Assembly: GCF_009914755.1 (NCBI RefSeq)
Contig: NC_060925.1
Reading direction: 5' to 3' (one strand)
DNA from: the human T2T-CHM13v2.0 reference genome, Homo sapiens
Length of the DNA: 64,000 nt
Of the stretch, positions 1 to 18,185 are shown piece by piece. Below the pieces are notes generated by a model, which saw nothing but the letters and a program-made list of their open reading frames with translations, was not told the DNA's origin and did no database searches. Position numbers and translations under genes: made by a program. Every line of letters begins with the position of its first letter. Positions within the stretch are counted from its first letter, which is position 1.

Positions 1-73
1 CCTGACCTCGTGATCCGCCTGCCTCAGCCTCCCAAAGTGCCGGGATTACAGGCGTGAGCCACCGCACCCGGCC
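1..73 (-). mobile_element. Alu, cut by window edge
   Basis: cccaaagtgccgggattacaggcgtgagccacc. Confidence 0.9.
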
Positions 74-316
74 TCTTATTGAAGTTTTATTGATATTTGT
101 TCTCATGGTTATTAATAAAGCAGGTAATATTTAATTAATTAAGGCCAAGAATTTTTTTTTTTGATCCTGTGGAAACTAGCTACCCATCCATCCAGGCCTA
201 CAAAATCATCACCTTGGTAGATTCTTTATTAATCAAGAATTATTAGCTCTTGCATAGAAGAGCTGCTGTCTTAACATTGGTCTATTTGACAGACTTTCAT
301 TGTGATGTTTTGTTAA

Positions 317-448
<132 letters not shown>

Positions 449-663
449 TGAGCCAGTTGGAGTATGTGTGCGCACACATTTGAAATGCATACACAGTTCC
501 TGAAACAGGAATACATTTAGGGTCTGCCTTGGAATTAGTCTGTGGCTGTCAGTGAATCTTATAAGTAAGCAGTACTGATATTTGTTTATAAATCTAATCT
601 TGTCATTAAAAGATAAGAACTCATAACTTGATTTAATAGCAATTGAATTCTGCAGTCCACTAA

Positions 664-946
<283 letters not shown>

Positions 947-2180
947 CTTCCCCTACACTAATTCTAAGAAGTCCAGAGCTGGATGCTTTTCTTTGTGATC
1001 TCTGCCCATATCTTCCTGCAGGCAGGAGAGGAGTTGATCTTGAGAGGTAAAGACAGGTTGGGATTAAGGCAATGTTGCCAAATTTGTGAGGATCCACACT
1101 TCCTTAACATTCAGAAAGCCAGCCCAGTGCAGATTCTGGATCAGGAGAGAATGAGATGCATTTGCATGTTTTTGTTTCATTTCAAGCCAGTCTAAATGCA
1201 TACTTTTAGTCCTCACTTTCCTCTCCCCTCCTCAGTGGTACTTCCTCTTGTGAGCTGCTTGGGTCCTAATATCCAGAGTGTCCCATCTGTGTTGGTACAG
1301 TGGGCTGCTTCTCAACAAAGTGTTGGGACCAACCATTTTTCTGTTCCTCCAGGCCTGGGCATCCTGAAGTGAAACCACCTGACACACTTCCTGCGATCTT
1401 TGAAATCATCTCCATCCTGAAAACTCCTCCCATTCACAGTTCTCCTTCCCAGCCAGTAGTGGATATAGGAGCAGACCAGCATATAGGCTTACCAGGACTG
1501 ATTTTGTTTATTTAGAGGGATACAAAACATTCTTTCCCATTGCCTTTTTTGTTAACTTGCTTTCAGACTCTACAAGGTTTTTAGAACTAGTTTCACTGAT
1601 TTTTAAACTTCTTGAATTGAACCTTCTGGAATGCTTAATTTAGGTAGTCAGATTACATGGGGGGAGGAACCATAAAGATCATCTTTCTGGCCAGCTTTAC
1701 TGTTCTCTCATAAGCTAGTCTGGCCATTGTGAAGAAAGGGATGTGGCACAGGTTGTCCATCACCTCTGCCAGGGCATGTGACCCTGCAAAAACTACTTCA
1801 AGGAATGAACTTTTTGAACACCCTGCTTTATAAAGGCCTAAGCCAAGACCTATGGCTTTAGATTCATTTCTGTTTTGTGCTCATTTATGATCCAGGCTGT
1901 GTTTGAATGACCTGGAAAAAGCTCGTTCGTATCTTCCAGTTTAACCAACCAGTCCTTAATGTTCACTTTCTATTAGCTTATTTTGTTCTTGAGATACTGC
2001 CACTATTCTTGCTGTCCATTGCTATGGATACACCAAGCTAAAAACTCAAGTTTTCTGTTCAGTGTTTTATTGCATCCAGTCATCAGCAATGCTGTTTTCC
2101 TCAAGTAGAAAGCTGATCCTTGACATAGGTACATGGTCTTTCATGGTGTCCTCCAGAAAAGATATTAAATGATCATTTTG

Positions 2181-2449
2181 ACCAGGCACAGTCGTTCACA
2201 CATGTAATCCCAGCACTTTGGGAGGCCAAGGCTGGTGAATCACCCAGGAGTTTGAGACCAGCCTGGGCAATATGATGAAACACCATCTCTAAAGATTAGC
2301 TGGGCATGGTGGCGTGTGCCTGTAATTCCAGCTACTCAGGAGGCTGTGGTGGGAGGATCACCTGAGCCTGGGGAAGTTGAGGCTGCAGTGAGCCATGATT
2401 GCGCCACTGCAGTTGAGCCTAGGCAGTGAGACTCTGTCTCAAAAAAAAA
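2181..2449 (+). mobile_element. Alu (J-like)
   Basis: Sense Alu with A tail. Confidence 0.9.
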
Positions 2450-2790
2450 GGTAGGGGAGATAACTTTTTCCTTAAAATGACATGCTAATTTATTTTTCTA
2501 AGTAATTTATAATTTGAAAATTTGGAAATGTTTTCTGCTGTCACAAAAACTATTTTCATACCCATTTAAAATGTTCCTGCATTAGCATTTTTAACATTCT
2601 ATTCTACTTGTTTGCATTTCTTTTTTTTAAATGTTCATAGCACAAGATAAATTCCACTTTGCTGTCCTCTTTACTTGTTGTGGGTTTTTTTTCCCTGCAT
2701 TTACTTTGCTTTGAAAAAAGCATTCTGACATTTTTTTTGACAGTCCTTTTTTAATGTCATCCAAACCAAAATTTCACTGGCTACCCATTT

Positions 2791-3445
<655 letters not shown>

Positions 3446-4157
3446 TAATGGTTTTTCACTGACCTTTCTATACTACTACATTCTCTTCTCTTATTTAATA
3501 TTGAGTTATGTTTGATTATTTTTCCTCCTTTTTGTTTATCCATTAGCCTTCTATTTTTTTTAGACAGAACACATTTTAGCTTTCAAAAATGGCTTTATAA
3601 GATGCTTTAGTCTTTTTTTTCTAAGTATCCTACAACATCCACAGTCTCTGTCTCAATATGTCCTAATTTGTTTGTTGAAATTATAACAAAAACTTTTCAA
3701 TTTTAGGAAAATATAAGTTAATTTCTAGTTTTCCTTCCTCTAGAAAATACACTGGCTACTTTTTAATCATGTGTGTTTATTTTTCCATAGGCAATCAAAA
3801 AAGCAGCCACAACAGCTGGTGGCACTCAGGCACAGCTTGTGGTTTATTGTTTCTAAAGGACATTCTTTTTTTTAACTCGTAGTTTCATTTTATTCTCCGT
3901 CTGAAATGTGCCTGAAAGATTAATCTGTATAGCCTTTGAGGACTGACTCAGGACCAATATGTAGGGTTATAGAGAGGCAGGTTTTGGCTCAACCCAAGAA
4001 AATTGTTCTTACAGTACGAGCTTTTGTAAAAGACAATTTTTCTGGAGAAGTAGTAGTTCCCTGTCATTGGAGCCATTAGGAAAGAGACTGGTTTTTCTGC
4101 CTTGTTACCCTAGCCATCTTTTTTCATTTCTAGTAGTTCTTACTGAACCAGGAATTA

Positions 4158-4495
<338 letters not shown>

Positions 4496-5315
4496 AGTTA
4501 GTGAGGTCAGTCCCTAACACAGGATAGAAAGGATGGGTGTTGTCAACTATTTATTGGTATGGGGGGAATCCTCTCACAAGAAGCAGGAAGGGTAGGGCAT
4601 TAAGAGGTTTGGGGACAACAAAAAGTTACTTACATTAGCTCATTACTCTAGTTATGGGTTTAAATAGACTCTATTCAGTTGAAGAAAGACAGGTCCTTAG
4701 CAGGTATTGAAACAGATGTGAGACTGCAGCTCTAAGGGTGCTTCCAGATCTGAAACTAGTGGAGACTGTAATAGGTCCTTTCAGTACTTTCTCCTGCACA
4801 CCTTGTTTTATGATTTTGCATTTATTTTTGTTATGCAGTAATTCCATCCATTCATTAGTTATGAGAGCATTGATTCATTCTTCCTCTGACAGTCTTCTCA
4901 TATGCTTCATGTAAACTGAGAGGAGGGTAGGAATATTCTTGTCGATTATTTATGTCTTCCAGTCCTAGCCATAGAAATGTTTGACTTGGTAACTGTGAGG
5001 TAGTTTGTCCACTGGTTAGGCTTGCTATTTGGAGTTTCTTCCTGTGTAGAGAAATGTTGGCTATTAGATGTGGTTTAGGATATAAGAACAGTGAGTCGTT
5101 ACTATATATAGGGAGTTGAGAATGAGTATTCCAGTGTCTGCTTAGGAAAAACAGGTTTGTGTTTTACTTTAAAGATTGTCCTGGGAAAAGTAAAGAGCGT
5201 TCTTTGAGAACTCTCTAGAGAACAGGATTTGACCCTCTTGGCAGTGATTCCTTAACTTGCTTTGAGTCTGAGGCACTTCTGACTGGCCATTGAAAGCTAT
5301 GGATCCTCACTCTAA

Positions 5316-5714
<399 letters not shown>

Positions 5715-6434
5715 TAAGAGGCTCTGCTAAAAGGACATGGAGTCCATCTGGCACTTTGACAAAATAGAGTGCTCTAATGCTGTTATTGGGAGGAATCTGT
5801 TAAAAGCCCAAGTTGTTGTGTGACTCTGGAGTTTGCCACCTCTTTGTTCCGTTACTAAAGCAATGTTACAGAATTCCTGATATTGGAAATGACAATCTGC
5901 AGGCCATTTGTAGTGTAGGGGAAGCTGGCTTCATTCCTGTTTCATCTTTTTTGAAAAAGAACTGACTGCTCCTGGGTGGGAATCCAGCAGCTTCTCGGCA
6001 GATACACTGACTGCATTGCGGTGCTTTGGGACAGAAGACAAGGACCTGAAAGATGAGCTCTGAGGGAAGCATTAAAGAAAAATGCATGAGCTCACAGTTT
6101 ATAATTTATCTGGAATTCTAAGGAATTTATCTAATCACAAAAATTAGGATGGTTTTTCTAGTACATCACTGGGGATCTTTAAGGAACCTGAAACAGTATC
6201 CTTAGCTCTTGGGATGTGGCATTTATTTCCGTCCTAAATGTGAGAGAAGATGCTGCAGGGATGCTGCCAGGTTGTGGCTTTGGTTCGTAGAGTTATCTGA
6301 TGGCCACCTTACCTCTGCAGTTCAGCTCAGCAAGTGCCGTTGAGCCCAGCATGTGTGGTGCAATGTGCTTGATGCTAGGATTCCTGCCCTTTAGGAGCTT
6401 GCAGACAAGTGGTCTAGGATGCATCCTCAGGTAG

Positions 6435-6635
<201 letters not shown>

Positions 6636-6863
6636 TAATTCCTCTCTGACCAGAATGATGCGAGGGTGAGATATGTGGTATGGGACATGATAATAACCCT
6701 TTTTAACTGATGTTTGTTGAGAGCCTATGTCAAGGTTGGGATATCCTGGGGAGAGGCTGGCTGTCTGCCAAGATGACTTTTGGGATGGCATTACTCCAGT
6801 CAGTTGGGCTCAAAAAACTGATTTTTCTCAGCACTTGCAGCTTCCACTTCTCAAAGAGGACAT

Positions 6864-7883
6864 TTTGTTTTTTGTTTTGTTTTTGAGACAGGGTCTCAGC
6901 TGTGTCACCCTGGCTGGAGTGCAGTGGCACAATCATGGCTACTGCAGCCTCTAACTTCCAGTCTCAGGCAATCCTCCCATCTCAGCCCACTTAGTAGCTT
7001 GGACTACAGGCATGTGCCACTGTACCCGGCCAATTTTTAAAATTTTTTGTAGAGACATGGTCTTATTATGTTGCCCAGACTGGTCTTGAACTCCTGGTCT
7101 TAAGTGATCCTTCCATTTTAGCCTCCCAAAGTGCTAGGATTACAAATGTGAGCCATTGCCCCTGGCCTCAGAGAGGACATTTGTTAACTGAGCTTACAGA
7201 GACAATGTATAAAAAAACCAGTGTTCACATCTCAGTTCACAGCGGAGCATGTAACAAACAGTACACAGTTCTTGGCATGAGCTACCTGGAGAGGCTGTAA
7301 TCAGAAGGTGCTGAATAAGCATAGAGTTGGGACACGAGGAGGTAGTTATGTAACTGGAATGTTCAGTGCTGTCCGGCTAAAAGAACCTAATGTCTCTTTC
7401 TCTTCTCATGGGGATGGCCATGTCTGTGGGACAATAATACTCAAAGTTCATGGGACATTTCTTCCTCTTCCCTGAACAGCGTTCATGTGGGCCTTCTGCC
7501 ATGACTCTTATGTCACTGTGCTTCCACTGCTGACAACTCTTACTAAGTGACCCATCTTTAATATGTTAATATTTTAATATCTTAGTTTATCTTCAGTATT
7601 AATACTCTTTTTTTTCTTTTTTTGTTTTTTGAGACAGAGTCTCTGTCGCCCAGGCTCACTGCAACCTCTGCCTCCTGAGTTCAAGCGATTCTCCTACCTC
7701 AACCTCTCAAGTAGCTGGGATTACAGGTGCCTGCCACCATGCCTGGCTAATTTTTCTATTTTCAGTAGAGATGGGGTTTCGCCATGTTGGACAGGCTGGT
7801 CTCGAACTCCTCATCTGAAGTGATCTGCCTGCCTCATCTTCCCAAAGTGTTGGGATTACAGGTGTGAGCCACTGTGCCCGGCC
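6864..7883 (-). mobile_element. Two antisense Alus (6864-7167 and 7607-7883)
   Basis: Alu consensus; first has target-site duplication agaggacattt. Confidence 0.88.
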
Positions 7884-8070
7884 TCAGTGTTAATATTTTA
7901 TTTTCACATCAGAATATCTTCTATCTTATATTTCTAATATCTTCACATTAATATCTTCAGAATAAGACCAGTCTTATTATGGTCTGAAGTTGTCTTCCAT
8001 TTTTACATTCTTACTCTGATTCATGTCTGTTATCTTGTTTTCAGGTTTTCTAAATAGTATCTCATTTTTA

Positions 8071-9302
<1,232 letters not shown>

Positions 9303-9782
9303 TTACAATCATTTCATAGATGAAGAATGCCTCCAGTATTTTTCTTCTTAGGGGTTTCTGATCTCCCCTGGCTCTTTATGTTGTTTTCTGCCAAGTTCAG
9401 AATGCTGTGATTCATTCTGAATAGCTAAGACATTGATGTAAATTCCTTACTTGCATTCATCTAATTTCTACCTCATTTTACAGATGAGGAAACAGACCCG
9501 AAGAGGTTAATATGTCCAAACCACACAGCTAGTAAATGGCGGAACAAGGGACTGGAAGTCTTTCTGACTCTACTGTTCTTTCTACTGTGCTATGCTTTCT
9601 CCTGCTAGGAAGGTGGAAATTCATGGGAAGAGATCTGTGTTCTATCCACATAACTACATGACTGTCAAGTGAAAATGGCCCAAGTATATTCTCTCCATGG
9701 ACTAGATCAGAATGGCACATAAAAGGATTTTTGTAAAACAGGGACAAGATGAACACTTGTTTCTACTGCTTTGCAGAGATAG

Positions 9783-10090
9783 TTTTTATTTATTTATTAT
9801 TTTTATTTTTTTGAGACAGGGTCTTGCTCTGTTGCCCAGGCTGTTGGGCAGTGGTGCAGTCTCAGCTCACTGTAAACTCAACCTCCCTGGCTCAAGCGAT
9901 CCTCCCACCTCCGTCCTCTAAATAGCTGGGACTGCAGGCGCACACCACCACACCCAGCTATTTTAATTTTCGTTTTTTTTTTTTTTTTTTTTGTAGACAT
10001 GGGGTTTCACCATGTTGCCCATGTTGGTCTCAAACTCCTGAGCTCAAGTATTCCGCCCTTTTGGCCTCCCAAAGTGCTGGGATTACAGGC
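9783..10090 (-). mobile_element. Alu (J-like)
   Basis: Antisense Alu consensus. Confidence 0.88.
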
Positions 10091-10758
10091 ATGAGCCACC
10101 ACTCCTGGCCCAGAGTTAGGGTTTTTAAAGGAGCAAAAGCAGATTGTTTCCCAAAGCTTTCAGGAAGCTTGGAATACAGGCTCTTTAGCATAATGCCTGC
10201 CCATCTCTCCAACCTCATCAGCCATTCAAATAATCTCTGTTATCTCACATTTATCTGCCTGTGCCTATACTGTTCTCTGCTTGGTTGCCCTCCTGCTCAC
10301 CTTATGTGCCTATTGTTAATACATCTCAAAGCTCAGCTCACACATCACCTCTGATTTAGAATTTCCTTGAAGAGCAGTCAACAGAAGGGGGTCTGGGGTT
10401 TGAAATCTAGCTCTGCCCCTTGCTAACTCTGTATATGATCTTGGCCACATTCCTTAACCCTTTCTAAAGATCAGTTTTCTCCTCTATAAAATGGGACTAC
10501 TACTCTCACAATGTTATCATAAAGATCTACTGAAGTAATATAATCATATAATCAGTTTTTCTGCAACATAGTAAAAGTTCAGTAATTGGTAGCAACTATT
10601 ATTCTCAAATATTCAGAAATGTTAGTTCAGGACTTTGTGTAATTTTCAGGAAAGCTTTAGAGAAAAAGAGGGTGTGGAATTCCCTGGTTTTGATTTAGAT
10701 ACGGATCTGCAGGAGAGCCCTGGATTTCATTAATTTGGGTGACCATTTAGCTCTCTGA

Positions 10759-10947
<189 letters not shown>

Positions 10948-11058
10948 TAAAATTGTGTACCTACCTGGTATACCTAGCTGATTGTATTTTAAGTGATCAT
11001 CTCTTAGATTTCTTTTTTTTCTCAAAGTATTAACAAATCATGTTAATCCCCCTTTTAG

Positions 11059-11365
11059 GTTTTTTTTTTTTGTTTTTTTTTTGAGACAGGTTCTCTGTCG
11101 CCTAGGCTGGAGGGCAGTGGCACGATCATGGCTTACTGCAGCCTCAACCTCCCAGGCTCAGGTGATCCTCCCACCTCACCCTTCCAAGTAGCGAAGACCA
11201 CAGCCATATACCACCATACCCCACTAATTTATTTTTTAATTTTTTTGTAGAGATGGGCTCTCGCTATATTGCCTGGGCTAGTCTTGAACTCCTGGCTTCA
11301 AGCAATCCTCCCACCTCAACCTCACAAAGTGCTAGGATTACAGGCGTGAGCCACCATGCCCAGCC
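11059..11365 (-). mobile_element. Alu (J-like) in the last FAM76A intron
   Basis: Antisense Alu consensus. Confidence 0.88.
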
Positions 11366-11787
11366 TGTAGATACTTTGTATTGTTTCACTCTTGGATGTG
11401 TTCTGATCTTTTCCCCTCAAAAACAGTAGAATTATTAAGTATGTTCTTTGATTTTTGAATAAACCAGATGTGATTCCAGATGTCTGAATTATAGATTCTG
11501 TTTATCCAGCTCATGAAGTCACTTCACAGTTTGTATTGCATAAAGCATCCCTTTGTAACAGTGGGTCCCAAGAGATTGAGGTACACTGATTAACCTCTGG
11601 CAAATACTTTTTTCTCCTGAACCAAGTTTCAAGCCCTAGAGCTTCCTGTTGTTTTCCACCTCTAGAATTGTTCATCTCTTTCTGACCCTCCACATTGTCT
11701 GCCTTAGCATCTGCACTTACTCTGCATGAAAAATAGATTATATCCTGTTTGAAACATCCTTCTTGCACTGATTTTTTTTTTCTTTAG

Positions 11788-11874
11788 GCCAAAAACCGAG
11801 AGCTCCTGAAGCAGGCAGCTGCTTTGTCCAAGAGCAAGAAGTCAGAGAAGTCAGGAGCTATAACCTCTCCATGA
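11788..11874 (+). CDS. FAM76A: FAM76A terminal exon, coding part (AKNRELLKQAAALSKSKKSEKSGAITSP*)
   Basis: T-rich acceptor tctttag ending 11787; TGA at 11872-11874. Confidence 0.93.
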   Translation, partial: AKNRELLKQAAALSKSKKSEKSGAITSP

Positions 11875-12387
11875 CAGACCTCAAGGAGGCTCCCTAGCAA
11901 CAGCAAATGGAGTTGTCCAGGGTTAGGGTTGGAGACCTGGCTGTTCTGTGGGAATTGCAAGCTTTCTTAAGAAATCTCTATTTTATTACAGTTATCCTTC
12001 TTTGTGCGATTGCAGTGGGCTGAATGGAAACACCTGGTTTGTGCTGTGTTAGACTGCATGCTTGAGTGTTTGGGATTTCAAGCTCGCTCTCTTTCTCTCA
12101 CTATTAGGACTTTTCTTTTTCTTCTTCCTCTTCTCTCTATTTTGGTTCTATTCTTTTTTTTTCTTTTTTCTTTTTTTTTTTTTTTTTTTTTTTTTGTGGT
12201 GGTCACTGCTCAGTGTAATGTGCAGAATGATTTGTTTTTTGTTTTTTTTTTTTTTTTTGGTCCTTCATTGCATCCTGCCATACCCATGAGCAAACAGTTT
12301 GGCATTAATTATATATCACTGCCACCCTCTGAACTTTGAAAACTGCCATCTTCAGACTTGGTATAATGGAAGAGGCTTTCTCTCTCC

Positions 12388-12393
12388 AATAAA
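12388..12393 (+). terminator. Candidate proximal poly(A) signal
   Basis: AATAAA followed by U-rich sequence (ctcttcggtttttttcc). Confidence 0.4.
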
Positions 12394-12876
12394 CCTTTTG
12401 CTTCAGGGTATACTCTTCGGTTTTTTTCCAGATGTATTATGTATGAACTTTGTACTATGTATAGCCAGAGTTTTATTTATTTTTTAAAAAAGAAACTTTT
12501 TCTTGATAAAGGAATAATGGTGGTCTAGCTAGTTCTTGTAAAAGTGATGCCTCTTGAAAAAAAACAGTCCTATTCACTAGCTTTTAGTAAAAGAATCAGA
12601 TCTTTTCTTTCTTGTTACCTTGGAGTCTTAAAAACTGATTGCTAAGGTGAAACAATTCAATGCATAAGTATGGAGCTAAGTGCCTTTTGGAGGATTTCTT
12701 GGAAGAGCATTTATGGAGATACTTAAGGGAGGTAGCAAAGATTTGAACCGTCTGTCTTTTTAAGTAAGGGCAGAAAGCAAGGTTGTCCAGGTTGTACTGG
12801 ACACTTCTCTCCCCACCCCTTTCCTGATTGTTTTATGTGATTGATTTTAAATTCTCACACTGCCACTTCTTTAAAA

Positions 12877-12882
12877 AATAAA
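12877..12882 (+). terminator. Candidate middle poly(A) signal
   Basis: AATAAA about 95 nt before the 3' UTR Alu; downstream GU-containing sequence. Confidence 0.5.
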
Positions 12883-12972
12883 ATCCTTTATTTGCTTATA
12901 TCAGTTGTCATACTGGGCTGCTGTCAGAGAATGTTTTTTTACATGAATGAACAGATTAAAAATGGAATAATA

Positions 12973-13273
12973 TGGTCGGGTGCGGTGGCTCACGCCTGTA
13001 ATACCAGCAATTTGGGAGGCCAAGGCGGGTGGATCATTTGAGGTTAGGAGTTTGAGACCATCCTGGCCAACATGGTAAAACCCCATCTGTACTAAAAAAA
13101 TACAAAAATTAGCCGGGCCTGGTGGCATGCACCTGTAATCCCAGCTACCCAGGAGGCTGAGGCAGGAGAACTGCTCGAATCCCGGGAGGCAGAGGTTGCA
13201 ATGAGCTGAAATCGCAACACTGCACTGCAGCCTGGGCAATGGAGTGAGACTCCGTCTCAAAAAAAAAAAAAAA
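12973..13273 (+). mobile_element. Alu (S-like) within the long FAM76A 3' UTR
   Basis: Sense Alu; target-site duplication ggaataatat. Confidence 0.92.
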
Positions 13274-14387
13274 AGGAATAATATTTGAACTACAGAGCAT
13301 TTTTGGGGTCAGCATGAGCTGCTCTAGTAAGGACTCTTGAGTCTGGGAAAAGTGGTATCACTATACCTTCTCCCCACTCCTCACCCACCCGAGCCCATAC
13401 ACTCCCTGCTTTTCATGGATATGTATTGAAAACAGGTGCTTCTCAGAAGCACTTTGCCTCAACCAGAGTTATGTATGCCCTGCCTATCTTCCCTTCTTAA
13501 CCCTGTAGGAATATGGATTTACTTTTCCAGGAAAGGGGATAGATTTACATTTCTAGGCATACTCTCAGGTCCTCTATGTGATGTTTGTGAAAGGAATTAG
13601 GGTGTGTCATGTGTGCCATGAAACAACAAAACCAACTACCCTAGAATCATTTATGCAGGGGGTACTAGAGTTAGAAATAATAATGAGGGCAGATAACATT
13701 TGTACCTCAGTCTACCAAAAAATTATAGTACTAAATTTAACTTCTAGGCGTTTCCTGGAAGCAGATGCTCTATAATTTGTGATAGCATTCTCATAAATGG
13801 AGTCCTACACATAATTGGACAGAGATGTGGAAATGGTGGTTTCCTTCTGATAAGGGATACAGTGGACCATGTCGCTTATATATCACCCTACTAGGGGATA
13901 TAATTTTCCCTTCTAAGCAAGGGAAATGGCAGTGCTAAATAGTTTTGTAAAGTTTTTGAATGAGAAGCTTTTAGGTAAAGATAAACTGTCATAATATTTT
14001 TCAGATGCATTTGCATTGACTATGGGAGAAAAATTAGGGGGAAATGACAGTCATGGTGTTTTTTTTTAATTTTAAGGACTGAAATTCTGTTACATGATGT
14101 ATGACAATATAAAAACATACTTAGTTTTATACTAAATCTTTTTTTAAGGTCTTGGCATTTAATATAAAGCAAATTCACACGTTTTCTAACTTTCCATAAG
14201 TTCCAAAAAGGGAAAGAAGAAACCTCAGTCTTGAAATTTTGATTTTTAAAAATCATGACACTGTTTTACCATGAAATTGAGTAGCTAACTTTTGGTAACA
14301 CCTTTTGTTTCTTTGTATGTTTGTAATAATGGACATTTTAAAACACAGGAATGTTTTGGTTTGTACAGACTTTGACAAATGTGTGTT

Positions 14388-14393
14388 AATAAA
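14388..14393 (+). terminator. Distal poly(A) signal of FAM76A
   Basis: AATAAA with several upstream TGTA motifs (14314-14365) and downstream tgtaattgttggattttgttttt. Confidence 0.7.
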
Positions 14394-14597
14394 AATTCAT
14401 ATTGACTCAAGTGTAATTGTTGGATTTTGTTTTTATTTCTTGCTGTTTACCAGTAGACATACCCCGTTATCCCCTTCAGCCCTTCAGCCTAGAAAAGTTT
14501 GTCTTGCTTATAGACTTAAAAAATTAAAAGCCTAACTGCTAATTGGGAATTTCCTGTCCATTAGAGAATAAACTCTTTCTTTCTCTCTTCTATGACT

Positions 14598-16535
<1,938 letters not shown>

Positions 16536-16634
16536 TAGGCTATATTTATGACTACAATTATTGTGTGAATTATCTTAATTGACTCATTTACTCAGCCTTT
16601 AAAACCACTGTAGGGTAAGAAAATAGTATAAACA

Positions 16635-16773
16635 GGCCAGGAGCGGTGGCTCATGCCTGTAATCCCAGTACTTTGGGAGGCCGAGGTGGGCAGATCACGA
16701 GGTCAGGAGTTCAAGACCAGCCTGGCCAACACGGCGAAACCCCATCTCTACTAAAAATACAAAAATTAGCTGG
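16635..16773 (+). mobile_element. Alu left arm only, fused to an LTR fragment
   Basis: Alu sequence ends abruptly at aaaaattagctgg. Confidence 0.85.
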
Positions 16774-16774
16774 T

Positions 16775-17128
16775 TGCTATTTTATTTACTGTCCCTGGTG
16801 TAAGAACATGTCAGCCTTGATGTTAATTGCACAAATTATAGTCTATGATGCACATGGCACTTTTGCCTGTCCTGGAGGATTGCCTTTAATTAACTGGCTT
16901 CCTAGAACATGTATACCTATTCACTATGGTATATAAGCTTTGGGTCTGGGGAGTAACAGCACAGAAATCTACCTGTCTTGTGGCTGCCCAAGACTATGCT
17001 TCTGTGTGTAAGTTCCCTCAGTCAATCAACCAATACTGACAAATTGGATTTGTCTGCCTCCTCCTTTGGCTCCTCAGCTCCTTCGGCATTTGGAGTTCAC
17101 TTTGCATATACAGCCGTTTCACTGGACA
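16775..17128 (+). mobile_element. ERV1-class MER-type LTR, 3' part
   Basis: TATA-like ggtatataagc, then gaaatctacctgtcttgtggctgcccaag ... tttgcatatacagccgtttcactggaca; family not resolved. Confidence 0.65.
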
Positions 17129-17129
17129 G

Positions 17130-17416
17130 AGGACAACAAAGTAGAAGAGCATATGAGGTGGAGGCTATTGTGCTGACCATCTTATAAAATACAACCTGCC
17201 ACAGAGGGAATGGGTTTTGGAACTAAACCAGATCGGAGAGAGCAAGCTGTAATGTCCTTTATGTCCTACCTTCAGACATCACACTCCATCATTTCTGCAA
17301 TATCCTATTGGTTACAGGGGTCAAGTTACTGACACTTCAATGTGGGAAGAGACTGTCCAGGTGCATTAATACCAGAAGATGATATTGAGGGTCCACCTTG
17401 GAGGCTAGCTACCACA
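17130..17416 (-). mobile_element. MLT1-type (MaLR) LTR fragments
   Basis: Ends such as aaatacaacctgccaca and ttggaggctagctaccaca. Confidence 0.55.
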
Positions 17417-17740
17417 TTGACTTTTGGCCAATAGGATCAAGTAACGACTGTGTGAACCTCTGGATTTTGAAGATAGCAATAAAAATTACCTTTTGGGGGA
17501 AAGTAGTTCATACTTCTTAGCTATTACTGGAATCCATGACTTCTCCAACTACCAGGGCTTGCCAGGCTGTACTTCCAGCAAATTATCAACCCTATTTGAA
17601 AAGTGAGACTGTGTGGTGCTATGATGTCAGGCTGCCTGAAGTAGAGACTTCCTGTCTCTACTTACCTTAGAGTTGTTGTGAGGATTAAATAACACATATA
17701 GAAGTCTTTTTTTTTTTTTTTTTTTTCAGAATCAGATCTC

Positions 17741-18185
<445 letters not shown>

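Larger units (their letters stand above)
11875..14410 (+). other. FAM76A: FAM76A 3' UTR (longest inferred form), with U-rich tracts and one sense Alu
   Basis: Follows the stop codon; AATAAA at 12388, 12877 and 14388; end inferred from the distal signal and its downstream GU/U-rich element. Confidence 0.7.

Noticed and set aside
3791-3850. Strong-looking acceptor tttttccatag in a FAM76A intron
   Set aside because: No convincing GT donor downstream; lies in T-rich, probably L1-derived sequence
5760-6320. Non-repetitive block upstream of a FAM76A exon, considered as a hidden exon or ncRNA
   Set aside because: No good splice-site pair or recognisable RNA motif; conservation cannot be assessed without alignments
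12004-12487. Phe-rich ORFs that look like membrane peptides
   Set aside because: Poly-T tracts of the FAM76A 3' UTR, with non-ATG starts
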